Below are positions 16,770-30,278 of a stretch of DNA of 64,000 nt, piece by piece. Where the stretch lies: the NCBI RefSeq assembly GCF_009914755.1, contig NC_060947.1; one strand, 5' to 3'. Under the pieces are notes generated by a model. That model was given only the letters and a program-made list of their open reading frames with translations. It did no database searches and was not told the DNA's origin. The translations under genes were made by a program, and so were the position numbers. Position 1 is the first letter of the stretch; every line of letters begins with the position of its first letter. The stretch comes from the human T2T-CHM13v2.0 reference genome, Homo sapiens.

Positions 16770-17440
16770 CATTCAATAATTATTCACCGAGTGTTTATCT
16801 GATAAGAAAAATAGTTAGTTGCCGCTAATATTTATTCATTCCACATGAATATATTGAACACTCTTATGTGCCAGGCATTGTTCTCAGTGATAAATATACC
16901 AGGAAAAATAATTATGCCCTTAGCTGTGTACAGTATGTATGTGTGCATGTACACACTTGTATATACACCTGTACACACACCTGTGCACTTACCTTGTGCG
17001 TAAGTGCACAGGTATACCCATGTCTCATGGATATAATGGCAAAGATTACAAAGGTAAGAAAAAATAGACCTTCTCCCTGCCCTCTGGAAGCTTATAGACT
17101 AATTGGGAGAGAATGATTGGGCAGTTCTTTCAGGCTGAGGAAACTGGAGAGAGGGAGCTGTCTGTGCAAAGGCCCTGGGGTAACAAACTGCAGGCTTGAG
17201 ATGCAGCAGCCCTGTGGGCTTCTCTCTTTATCCTGGGAGAAATGAGAAGGTATTGGAGGATCTTAAATGGGAGAGGGACAGGATCATATTAGAATCTCTA
17301 AGTGAGGACAAGACAAGGATGGATTCAGGGAGATGGGTCAGAGACCAGAGGACTTGGTGATTGATGTAGGGCCATAAAGCTGGGGGATATAGGGCACCAT
17401 GAACTCAGGTGCCCTAAGATGACAGATGGTGTCCTTTAGT
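16770..17440 (-). mobile_element. L2 remnants
   Basis: tattgaacactcttatgtgccaggcattg, ccctgccctctggaagcttat, tgcaaaggccctgggg, ggacttggtgattgatg. Confidence 0.6.
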
Positions 17441-17441
17441 G

Positions 17442-17965
17442 CAGTGGCCCCAACCTTTTAAGCACCAGGGACTGGTTTCATGGAAGACAATTTTTCTGCA
17501 GGCCAGCAGGTGGAGGAGATGCTTTTGGGATGATTCAAGCTCATTACATTCACTGTGCACTTTTTTTCTGTTATTATTACATTGTAATATGTAATGAAAT
17601 AATTCTACAACTCATCATAATTCAGAATCAGTGAGAGACTTCAGCTTGTTTTCCTGCAACTAGACACTCTCATCTGGGGGTGATGGGAGACAGTGACAGA
17701 TCATCAGGCATTAGATTCTCATAAGGAGCATGCAATCTAGATCCCTCACATGTGCAGTTCACAGTAGTTCACGCTCCTATGAGAATCTAATGCCTGATGA
17801 TCTGACAGGAGGGGGAGCTCAGGCCATAACGTGAGTGACAGGGAGCAGCTGTAAATATAGATGCACCTTTCTCTCTTGCCTGCCACTCACCTCCTGCTGT
17901 GTGGCCTGGTTCCTAACAGGCCACGAGCCGGTACGATTTCATGGCCTGGGGCTTGGGGACCCCTG
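17442..17965 (+). mobile_element. MER1A (hAT-Charlie)
   Basis: TIRs cagtggccccaac and ttggggacccctg; 8-bp TSD ctttagtg/ctttaatg; 524 bp; internal inverted repeat. Confidence 0.93.
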
Positions 17966-18088
17966 CTTTAATGCACCTAGCAAAATCTTCTGCTCAAAGA
18001 AACTTGGTTTGTGTTGAGCTATGGAAGGCAGTGGTGACATTAGCAACTACTGTGAACTGAACTGGGCTCTTTCTTTTTAGCTTCCCCT

Positions 18089-18195
18089 CCCAGCTTTATT
18101 TAGGTATAGTTGACAAATATAATGTTTGTATTTAAGGTGTGCAATATGATGATTTACTATACGTATATATTATGGAATGATTACCACCACCAAGT
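18089..18195 (-). mobile_element. L1MA/MB terminal 3' fragment
   Basis: cagctttatttaggtatagttgacaaat...tatttaaggtgtgcaatatgatgattt...gaatgattaccacc. Confidence 0.7.
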
Positions 18196-18608
18196 TGAGC
18201 TGGGGTTCTTAAAAGTATTATTTCTAGACCATGCTTCAAGTCTGTTGCTACCTTCTTGTGCTCCTTTTGGGAAATAATTTGCTCTTTTTGTACCAGCCCA
18301 CATGCTCACCCACTCACATTCATAGAGTACCTGAAACTAGCTCTGTACTGGTGAGATACAAAATAAATGAGGTATAGACTATGAGTGCCAGCAACTTAAT
18401 CTCTCTGGAGCCAGAACACATATCCACCCCACCCATTAAATGTGAGTAACCAGGACGGGAGATGTTGCATGTTACTGGCAATGACAGAACTGACGTACAT
18501 AAATAAAACCTATAGTGTACAGATTCACCGCTCTGAAATCTACATGTTTACACACAAAGAATAGCTGTCTAAAAGCATGGGCCCTTTTTTCTTTAAGAAT
18601 TGCAATTA

Positions 18609-18954
<346 letters not shown>

Positions 18955-19419
18955 TTAACAGGAAAAAGATTATAAAAGATTATATTCTGTCTCTCAAAGG
19001 TCTTTTCTTTGCCATTACAGGGTGGAGGGATGTTGCAGATGATAGTAATAGTGACTCTGATGTTCAAGTGGAATTTGATTCATTTCAGAAGTATCTATAG
19101 AATTTGTTTAAAGGTTCTAGTGCTTTGATCCAGGTTTCTGCTTATTCAAGAACTTAAAGAAAAGATTTTTGCAACATCGATTTTTTGAAAATTCTTCAAC
19201 TCTGTTGGCTGCCAATGCAACCACAGATATAAATAATGTGGGGGTTTGGGTTGATTTGCTGCATTTTCATCATTGCTGCTAGCTTGTGACAGATGCCTGA
19301 ACAGCAGGCTAGAGCTTAGCTGGCTGAACCACATATTGATGTAGGTGTTTTGCTTTAATAATTCATAGAGCAAGTGAATGCAGGTGGACAGCTCTGTCTC
19401 AGGTCCTACTTGGCCTCTC

Positions 19420-19553
19420 ACACATGTAGAAAGTTCTTTAATGTCTCTATAAGTTCAGTTTCTTCGTCTGTAAAATTGATAAAAATAGTAACACCTACAC
19501 TAGGGAATTGTTCTAGGAATTAAATCATTGACAAATGTAAAATGCCTAGTGCA
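19420..19553 (+). mobile_element. MIR
   Basis: Core-like tcagtttcttcgtctgtaaaattgataaaaatagtaacacctac...gaattaaat...atgtaaaatgcctagtgca. Confidence 0.7.
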
Positions 19554-20616
19554 TCAAAAATGTATCCTAAATGATAGAAGTTGTTGTTGATCTCTATGCA
19601 AAACTAGAAATGACAAGAGTAAGCAAACCATTATCTTATAATATAAACATAGTCTTCTAACATAATGCCTAAAAAGAAGCATTCCTGTGTTTACCTAAAG
19701 TTACAACTTCAAATTGACTGGATATGATAGTTTGAGTGTTTCATCCTTGAGGTATTTTTTTGCCAATTTTTAAATAATAGACAAATAAATACCCTGGAGT
19801 CTCTATTTTGGTAGTCAACTGAATGTACTGTTTGCAAGAGAATTGATCTTGGACTCTTTAAAAGGCAATTCTCATCTCGGACATGGTACATTCAGTTTGG
19901 GATAGCAGACTGTCTGATTGTCTATCCCAGAGTTTGGGATACCATACTCGTCTAATTATGGTGGTATCCCAAACACATAGAACAGCACCTGGCTGATAGA
20001 GGACATCAATAAATGCTACTTCATTTCTTCCCTTTTTGAGAATGATGTAAGTAAACGGAAATAAAATCTGTGCTTTTTATCTAGGATAACATATGTTTTA
20101 CTGCAGGTCATTATTACGTCACCCCCAGAATCCCTGGTAAATATCAGTGACTTAGTCAGTATAGGTAATCAATAAAAGTGAATGAATGATTCACATTGCA
20201 GAAGAATGATCTGGTAAGAGTGTCTAGGATGAAAATCAATGCAGGAAAGGACTCATTAATCTAGAATACCTTTGTTCTCTTGTCTACTAGGGAAGCATAT
20301 ATTTATCTTTTATTGTCCAAATATTTTTCAGATATTCTTTGGCAACCATTTCTGTAGCCACCTCCTCATGATATAGCAGCAGACCCAAGCCCCCCCACAG
20401 CTGGAAGAACACATGCTGGGCCATGACTATCTCTGATAAACATGGAAGAGTGTTTTGGGAAAGAAAAGTGAGAGCTTAGAAACAATGGCTTCAGATAGGT
20501 TCAAGAGAATAATCTAGCAAAGGGAAGAACTTGGAGAACTTTGCCAACAATTCATAGTCAGAAGTTAAGAATGCTAATCTGTGAACCTTTAGAGGAAAAA
20601 CAGAATTAAAAAATAA

Positions 20617-21029
<413 letters not shown>

Positions 21030-21240
21030 ATGGCCCCAGATTTTTGGTGGCACCACATGCTGACTTTAATGTGCCTATTTTTTACCTAGAGTTTCCCTAA
21101 CTCTGTAACCACATCAATTGACACTTGGCCCTTTTACCTGGCCAAACCAACCCTATAGACCCATACTCTATCCACGTTCCAGATGCACTGATATTTTTCT
21201 CCAGTTGTTTAATTATACCTTGTTATTTAATTATACCTTG

Positions 21241-24200
21241 TTTTTTGTTTTGTTTTTAATTTAGTCATTTTATTTTTAATTGTACATAATTGTACATACT
21301 TATGGCATACAATGTGATGTTTTGATAGATGTATACATTGTATAATGATTAAATCAAGGTACCTAGCAAATTCATCACCTCAAATATTTATCATTTCTTT
21401 GTGGTGAGAACACTCAAAATCCTCTCTTCTAGCTATTTTGAAATATACACTATATTGTTGTTAACCATCGTCACCCCACTATGCAATAGAAAAGCAGAAT
21501 TTACTCCTGTATTTAACAGTAACTTTGTACCCATTGACCAACTTCTTCCCACCTCTCCTCCCCTCTACTCTCTCCATCCTCTGGTAACTACCATTCTACT
21601 CTCTACTTCTATGAGGTAAACTTTTTAAGATTATACATATGAGTGAGATCATGCAGTATTCCTCTTTCTGTGTCTGATTTATTTCACTTAAACTTGATGC
21701 CCTCCAGGTTGATCCATGTTGCTGCAAATGACAGAATCTCATTCCTAACTAGTATTTCCTTGTGTATATGTATACACATTTTCTTTATCTATTCATCCAT
21801 TGATGAACACTTAGGCTGATTCCATAGCTTGGCTATTGTGAATAGTGCTGCAATAAACATGGGAGTGCAGATATCATTTTTCCTGCATTGACTCTTAACT
21901 TAAACTCTCTTGCAAAATTATTCTTTTGCAATGTGAATCATTTATTTTCTCTGGGTTTGAATATATGCAGTAGTTGGATTGCTGATTCATATGGTAGTTC
22001 TATTTTTAATTTTTGAGAAATGTCTTAGTGTTTCCCATAATGGCTATATTAATTTACAGTCCCATCCACAACATGTAAAGGTTTCCCTTTTTCCCACATC
22101 CTCGCCAGCATTTGTTATCTTTTGTCTTGTCGATAATAGCCATTCTAACTGGAGTGAGGTGATGTGTCATTGCAGTTTTAATTTGCATTTCCTTGATGAT
22201 TAACAATGGTGAGCATTTTTTCATACACCTATTGGCCACTTGTATGTCTTCTTTTGCCCATTTAAAAAATTGGACTATTTGTTGGGTTTTTTTTTCTATA
22301 GAGTTGTTTGAGTTCCTTATATATTCTGAATATTCACAACTTGTCAGATGTATAGTTTTCAAATGTTTTCTCCCATTCTGTGGGTTGTCTTTTTACTCTG
22401 TTGATTATGTCCTTTGCTGAATAGAAGCTTTTTAGTTTGATGTAATCATATTTGTTTATTTTTGCTTTTGTTGTCTGTGCTTTTTGAGATCTTAACCAAA
22501 AATCCTTCCCCAATAGTTTCTTCTAGGTTTCATGGTTTCAGGTCTTAAATTTAAGTTTTTAATCCACTTTGGGATGATATTTATATATGGTGAAACATGG
22601 GGGTCTAGTTTCATTTTTCTGCATATGGAGATCCAATTTTCCCAGAACCATCTATTGAAGAGACTTGTCCTTTCTCCAATGTATATTCTTGCACCTTTGT
22701 AAAAAATTGGTTGCCTGTAGATGTGTGGTTTTATGTCTGGGTTCTCTATTCTGTTCCATTAAGTGTCCGTTTTTATGCCAGAACCATGCTGCTTTGGTTA
22801 CTGTAGCTTTGTGGTTTATTTTGAAATCAAAGAATGTGATGCCTCCAGCTTTGTTCTTTTCACTCAAGATTGCTTTGGTTGTTCAAAGTCTTTTGTGGTT
22901 CCATACAAATTTTGGGATTAGTTTTTCCATTTCTGTGAAGAATGTCATTGATATTTTAATAGGCATTGCATTGAAACCATAGACTGCTTTGGGTAGTATG
23001 GACGTTTTTACAATATTAATTCTTCCATTCCATGAACACAAGATATCTTTCCATTTATTTATGTTCTCTTCCATTTTTTTCATCAATGTTTTATAGTTTT
23101 CAGTGTTGAGATCCTTCACCTCACTGTTTAAATTTATTCTTAGGTATCCTAGTTACTTATTTTTGTAGTTATTATAAATGGGAATTTTTATATTTATTTT
23201 TCAGATAGTTTATTATTAGCATATAGAAATGCTGTTGCTTTTTTATGTTGATTTTATATCCTGTGACTTTACTGAATTTGTTTATTAATTCAAAGAGTTT
23301 TGGGGTGGAGTCTTTAGTGATTTCTGAATATAAAATCATGTCATCTGTAAACAGAGATAATTTAATTTCTTCCTTTCCAATTTGGATGCCTTTTAAAATT
23401 TTCTATTGCCTAACAGCTCTGGCTAGAATTTCCAGTACTGTGTTGAATAGAAATGGTGAAAATGGGCATCCTTGTCTTGTTCCAGATTCAGAGAAGAAGA
23501 TTTTTATTTTTTTCCCATTCAGTATGATGTTAGCTGTGGATTTGTCATATATTTATTTTATTATGTTGAGGTGTGTTCCTTCTGTGTGTAATTTGTTGAG
23601 AATTTTTATTATGAATAGATGTTGATTTTTTCAAATGCTTTTTCTGAATCTATTGGAATGATCATATGTTTTTTGTCCTCCATTTTGTTAATGTGATGTA
23701 TCACGTTTACTGATTTGCATATGTTGAATCATTCTTGAATCCATGGGATGAACCCCACTTGATTATGGTGAATGATCTTTATAATATGCTGTTTAATTCA
23801 GTTTGCTGGTATTTTGTTGAGGCTTTTTGCACCTATCTTCATTGGAGATATTTACCTGTAGTTTTCTTTGTCTGTATGTGTCCTTGTCTAATTTTGGTAT
23901 CTGGGTAATGCTGGCCTCATAGAATGAGTGTGGAAGAATTCCCTCCTCTTCAGTTTTTTGGAAGAGTTTGAGAAGAATTCATATTAATTTTTCTCTAAAT
24001 GTTTGGTAGAATTCAGCAGTGAAGACGTCAGGTTCTGGGCTCTTTTTTTGATGGAGACTTTTTATTACTAATTCAATCTTGTTATTTGTTATGGTCTGTT
24101 CAGATTTTCTACTTCTTCATGATTCAATCCTGGCAGGTTATATGGGATCAGGGATTTATCCATGTCTTCTGTGTTTTCCAATTTGTTGGCATACACTTGT

Positions 24201-24703
24201 TGACAGATGACTCTTATAATTCTTTGTATCTCTGTAGTGTCCATTATAATGTCTATTTTCATCTCTGATTTTATTTATTTAAATATTCTCTCTCTTTTCT
24301 TAGTCTCACAAAAATTTTGTCACTTGTTTATCTTTTCAAAAAACAAACTATATTGTTTATCTTTTTTATCTCTGTTTTCTTTATACTGCTCTGATCTTTA
24401 TTAGTTCTTTCTTTCTACTAGTTGTGGGTTTAATTTGTTCTTGTTTTTCTAGTTCTTTGAAGTACAACATTAAGTTGTTTATGGGAGATCTTTCTTCTTT
24501 TTTAATGTAGGCATTTTAATATAGTTTATTGCTATAACTTCCAAATACTGCTTTTTTTGGTAACCTATATGTTTTGGGATGTTGTATTTCCATTTTCATT
24601 TGACTCTAGAAATTTTATAATTTCTCTTTTAATTTCTTCGTTGACCTGTTGGTTGTTCTGGAGCATGTTGTTTAATTTCCATGTATATGCACAGTTTCCA
24701 AAG
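21241..24703 (-). mobile_element. L1MA (MA4-6-type) 3' UTR and ORF2
   Basis: L1MA 3' end (catcacctcaaatatttatcatttctttgtggtgagaaca...) followed by collinear antisense ORF2 ([24 protein letters not shown]). Confidence 0.93.
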
Positions 24704-25468
24704 GGAGCAAAAAAGAAACAAATGATCTACAAAGCAACCAGAAAACAATTAATAAAGAGGCAGTAGTAGGTCCTTGCCCATCAATAATTAGTTTGATGTA
24801 AATGGATTAAATTCTCCAATCAAAATACATAAAGTGACTGAATGGACAAAAAAATCCAAGATCCAAGAATATGTTGCCTAAAAGAGACCCACTTTAGCCT
24901 TAAAGATACACATAAACTGAAAGTAAAGGGATAGAAGAAGATATTCCATGCAAATGGAGAAAGAAAAAGAAAATAGGATTGGCTATGCTTATATAAATAT
25001 GATTAAAGACAAAAACTGTCACAGGAGACAAAGAAGATCATTATTTAATGAGAAAGGGCTCAATTCATCACGAAGACAAAACAATTGGAAATATATAGGC
25101 ACCTCACATTAGAGTACCTAAATATATAAAGCAAATATTAATGGACATAAAGGGAGAAATGGGTAGCAATACAATAATAGTAAAGGACATTAATACCCCA
25201 TTTTCAACAATAGACAGATCAATCAGACAGAAAATTAATAATGAAGTATTGGAATTAAACTGCACTTTAGCCAAAACAGACCAAAAATATACATACAGAA
25301 CTTAATATCCAATGGTAGCAGCATTTTTCTCTAGTGCACATGTAATGTCCTTCAAGGTAGCTTATGTGGTAGGCCACAAAACAAGACTTAACCAACTTTT
25401 AAAAATTAAAATCATCTTAAGTATCATTTCTGACCATAATGGTATGAATAAATAACAGTAGAAACTTT
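24704..25468 (+). mobile_element. Inverted 5' segment of the same L1MA (ORF1/ORF2 junction and endonuclease region)
   Basis: Sense-strand gcagtagtaggtcc...gtaaatggattaaattctccaatcaaa...tctgaccataatgg; ends at the L1 position where the minus-strand part begins. Confidence 0.85.
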
Positions 25469-25539
25469 TTTTTTTTCCTGAACTGGGGGCTTTCAAAAAT
25501 CATGCCTTCCTTTTGGAACACACTTGATCCCGGTCATAA

Positions 25540-25830
25540 CCCTTTCACTTTAATTCTAACTTTAGGTCTCAGCAAAAATGTAATTTCTGCATGGAAGCAG
25601 CCTCTGATCCCCCAAGCTGAATTACGTGTTCCTGCAACGTGTTGACTATAATTTTGCTCTAGCAGAATGTATCAGTATTGACTATAGTAGTTTGTTAGTT
25701 TTCTACTAAAGTAGCACTTTAGCTCTCTGAGGCCAGGACTGACTGTATCTGTTTAAATCACCCTGAATTATACCCTCATCCTTCCATCAATCTCTACTCA
25801 GTAAATACTTCTGAATCAACAAATAAATCT
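25540..25830 (+). mobile_element. L2 3' remnant
   Basis: aggtctcagcaaaaatgtaatttc...agctctctgaggccaggact...tactcagtaaatacttctgaatcaacaaataaat. Confidence 0.6.
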
Positions 25831-25904
25831 AGCCATGGAGAGCAAGTTGAGTGAACAATGAATGGGGAGTGGAGGGGACCTGGTGGAGATATCCACAGGG
25901 TACA

Positions 25905-26130
25905 AATTAAGTGTATGATCCTTAGACATAAAAATGTCTGTTCCTGATGCCGGTGCCACCACTTAACAACATTATTATTTGCAGCAAATGTTTTCACTTC
26001 TCTGTGCCTCAGTTTCTTACTCTCTTTGTTTGGAATAATTTGAAGTCCTTCCCCATAGACATGCTAAAAGCATTGCCTGAGGTACATGTGTAAAGTGCCC
26101 AGAATGGTGCCTGATACACCATTAGCACTC
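25905..26130 (+). mobile_element. MIR
   Basis: cacttctctgtgcctcagtttc...atgtgtaaagtgcccagaatggtgcctgatac. Confidence 0.7.
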
Positions 26131-26621
26131 TTGAGTGTTAGATATTACAAGGGTTGCACTGTCTCTGGGGTGAAGTACTGTTGCTGGTGGCCATTTCCAC
26201 GTGCACATCTGAATAGAAAGTCATGATGGTGAAGCATGATGGAACTGGCAGCTCTGATGTAGAAGAAAAATCTGCTAGACATGGAAGACTGAGTAAGGAG
26301 TTCCACATATCAGCCATTATCCCATATCTGTAACTCTGGGAAGACAGTTTATGCAACTGATATCCTCCAAAAGATAGATCCAAGGAAAACACACTCTTTC
26401 TTTCTCAGAAAACGCTAGATGTGTATGTTTTTTTAAAATTTTAGTTCCAGAATGAATAAATATAAGGAAAAAATAAACAAATATACCACGAGTCCTATTA
26501 AAATAATTTGGAACAGGATGAAGGGATGATGGAATTTTGGAAACAATAGTTTTTCAATATTCTGTTGAAGTCTTAGGTTTGCATGTGAATAGCAACTTTC
26601 CCATGTGATAGGGAAAAAAGT

Positions 26622-28072
26622 ATTTCTTTTTTTTTCCCATAAGTTATTGGGGTCCAGGTGGTATTTGGTTACATTAGTAAGTTCTTCAGTGGTAATTTCG
26701 GAGATTTTGGTGCACCCATCACCCGAGCAGTATACACTGCACCATATTTGCAGTCTTTTATCCCTTGCCCCCCTCCTACTCTTTCCCCCAAGTCCCCAAA
26801 GTCCATTGTATCATTCTTATGCCTATGCGTTCTCATAGCTTAGATCCCACATATGAGTGAGAACATCTGATGTTTGGTTTTCCATTCCTGAGTTACTTCA
26901 CTTAGAATAATAGTCTCCAATCTCATCCAGGTCACTGCCAATGCTGTTAATTCATTCCTTTTTATAGCTGCATAGTATTCCATTGTGTGTGTGTGTGAGA
27001 TACATATATGTATCTCACAGTTTATCCTCTCATTGATTGATGGGCATTTGGGTTGTGTGTGCAAGTATCTTTTTCGTATAATGACTTCTTTTCTTTGGGT
27101 AGATACCCAGGAGTGGGATTGCTGGATCAAATGATAGTTCTACTTTTAGTTCTTTAAGGACTCTCCACACTGTTTTCCATACTAGCTGTACTAGTTTGCA
27201 TTCCTACCAGCAGTGTAGAAGTGTTCCCTGTTCACCGCATCTATGCCAACATCTACTGTTTTTTGATTTCTTTGATTATGGCCATTCTTGCGGGAGTAAG
27301 GTGGTATTGCATTGTGGTTTTGATTTGCATTTCCATGATCATTGGTGATGTTGAGCATTTTTTCGTATGTTTGTTGGCCACTTGTATATCTTCTTTTGGA
27401 ATTATCTATTCATGTCCTTAGCCCACTTTTTGATGGGATTGTTTGTTTTGTTCTTACTGATTTGTTTGAGTTTGTTGTAGATTCTGGATATTAGTCCTTT
27501 GTCAGATGTATAGATTGTGAAGATTTTCTCCCACTCCGTGGGTTGTCTGTTTACTCTGCTGACTGTTCCTTTTGCCGTGCAAAAGCTCTTTAGTTTAATT
27601 AGGTCCCAGCTATTTATCTTTGTTTTTATTGCATTTGCTTTTGGGTTCTTGGTCATGAAATTCTTGCCTAAGCCAATGTCTCGAAGGGTTTTTCCAATGT
27701 TATCTTCTATAATTTTTATAGCTTCAGGTCTTAGGTTTAAGCCCTTAATCCATCTTGAGTTGAGTTTTGTATAAGGTGAGAGATGAGGATCCAGTTTCAT
27801 TCTCCTACATGTGGCTAGCCAATTATCTGAGTACCATTTGTTGAAAAGGATGTCTTTCCCCCACTTTATGTTTTTGTTTGCTTTGTCAAAGATCAGTTGA
27901 CTGTAAGTATTTGGGTTTATTTCTGGGTTCTTTATTCTGTTCCATTGATCTATGTGTCTATTTTTATACCAGTACCACGCCATTTTGGTGACTATGACCT
28001 TATAGTATAGTTTGAAATCGGATAGTGCACTGCCTCCAGATTTGTTCTTTTTGTTTAGTCTTGCTTTGGCTA
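26622..28072 (-). mobile_element. L1PB1-type 3' fragment
   Basis: Diagnostic tail ggggtccaggtggtatttggttacattagtaagttcttcagtgg...ggtgcacccatcacccgagcagtatacactg; antisense ORF2 piece [16 protein letters not shown]. Confidence 0.93.
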
Positions 28073-29704
28073 GACTATTTCAAGTGTGGATGAGAAAAAT
28101 CTGCAAGGACTTCCAGTCCAAACCTAAGAAACTGTAGGTTGACACATGTCATATTTGATTTAGTATGCAATCCATAAATCCCTACCATAAAAAACCATAA
28201 ATAGCTTATAATCAAGAGATCTTCTTATCTTTCCCCATCACATTTATTATCTTGGTAGCTGGTAAACTATTTAAAGAAGAAAAACAGAAGGAAATCCTTC
28301 AAAGTATGAAACCTCTGGAACTGCACAAGAATTCTGAAACTGGGGCTGCAGCTGGCTCTACTCATCACATCCTTCTCTACTGGCATCATGGCACATTCCT
28401 TAGGAAAAGACAAACTGGTGGATAAGGCAAAACTACACTGAGCTGTTCTCAGTAGGAATGAGCACACTGTCCATGTGTTCATGTCATGGCTAAGCCAGAC
28501 ACATTATGAAGCTCAGAGTCAACAATCGCCAGGGGCCCTGGGAGTGCTGGCTCAACATACCGAAGCATGACAGAAAGAATCAAGAAAAGCATTGCTTCCT
28601 TGCAAATATGGCTTGTTTGTTTCTTATTAGCAATGCATGATATTGATCCTGCCTGCAGCGCATTGCCAATACTTCAGATAAAATCGGTATCTCAGCATGG
28701 TGAGGGACAACTGGAAGCTGGTCTTTAAAAAGTGATTTCAAAAGACAGACACTTGGCTTCTAAACAGCTTGCAAATGGTCTCATAATACAGGCAAGAAAA
28801 TTAATTACATGCCAATGGACTCCCCAGGGTGTCATATATTGTGTGGAATAATTCTTCTCGCACAGCTGTGAGTGAAACCTTCAAAAAGGAACAAAAGCTT
28901 TGCTGGTCAATTCTGCTCAGGCCCTTTTGCCCTCCACATGCCACACAAACACAAAACAATGTGTTCTTTTCCACAGTTGTTGTGCTTATGCCCAACTGGA
29001 TGCGTTTCCTTCATAAGAGCTTTGTTTCTAGCCAGGACCTAGGAGGAAAACTTACCCATAGAAGATCAAAGGCATCTAGTGTTGGCACGAATTTTTATTT
29101 AAAATTTAAATGTATTAGTGATTTATGTGTCATAATGAATAATACAGCATGATGTTCTCACAAACGGCTGTATGAGCATTAAAGATGTATGTAATTTGAT
29201 TCTCTAATGAGAAATCTGGCACTGTCATGGGAAAAAAATATTATCTAGTCTTCTACCGTGAATGTGTCTTTTGACTTTTTAGTGGGTCCAATCTTTCTGA
29301 AAAAAAAAAAACTATCATAAAAATGAAATTAGACATTTGTTGAATGTGAGAAAAAAATTTCACAGAAGGAAATTGTGTGAATTAGATGCAAACAGATGGT
29401 AAGATTATGTGGCTGCCTGCCTGCCTGCTCTGTCAATGGGAAAGGAGTCGTGGCAAGGTTAAGAGGGCAGCGAAAATATGAATGTCCTCACCGTCCTTCT
29501 ACCAGGGCTTGAGAAGCCAACGGATTAATCCGACTCTGTCTTCATCAGTTTAAAGGAAAGGGCCAGAGGAATAAATATGATTTTTTTGTAATGATTTTGA
29601 AACAAGAAAGTAAAAAAAAAAAATCTATTCTTCTCTATTTTCAGATGTAGTCAATTGATACTAAAAGAAAATCATTTCCCTTTGACTTTATATCTAGAAA
29701 ACAA

Positions 29705-29908
29705 ATTCTTAAATGAAGGAGGACAATTTTATCCCCCAGGGGACATTTGGTTATGCTTGAAGACACTTTTGGTTGTCACAACTTGGGGAGGAATGTGAGG
29801 TTACTAGCATTTGGTGGGGAGAGGCCAGGGATGCTTCTCAATACCCTATAACGCACAGGACATTCCCTCCCTTCCTGACTACAGTGAGTAATTATCCAGC
29901 CCAAAGAT
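29705..29908 (+). mobile_element. MER20 (hAT-Charlie)
   Basis: cccccaggggacatttgg...gacacttttggttgtcacaac...gaggccagggatgct...aattatccagcccaaa. Confidence 0.85.
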
Positions 29909-30224
29909 AGTCTCATCTGAACAAGAAAGAAGTGTAGCATTCCTATTCCTATTGCCTTAAATCAAGTGCTTTGAGGATTCATTTCCATCACCTTGCTCAA
30001 TGCTGTAGGCACTTGAGTTTGGGACCCTTAGATATTCTGGTGCAAGACTTTTTTTGTTCATTTGCTTTTTCAGATGAGGAACAGAAGCCCAGAGAGGGCA
30101 CGCATGTTGCTTAAGTTCTCAGTATGCTGGTAACACAGACTAATACACTTTCCATTCCTTCTGTCTCCACACTATCTGTTTCTTTGTTATCTACATGCAG
30201 AATGCATAGTGTGAACATAGGTTT

Positions 30225-30231
30225 GTGTGTG

Positions 30232-30277
<46 letters not shown>
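30225..30277. repeat. (TG)n microsatellite
   Basis: About 21 uninterrupted TG units plus an imperfect lead-in. Confidence 0.97.

Positions 30278-30278
<1 letters not shown>

Noticed and set aside
21208-21243. Tandem tttaattataccttgtt as the L1MA TSD
   Set aside because: Both copies are on the same side of the element; this is a simple local duplication.
27402-27983. 193-aa ORF
   Set aside because: Fragment of L1PB ORF2.
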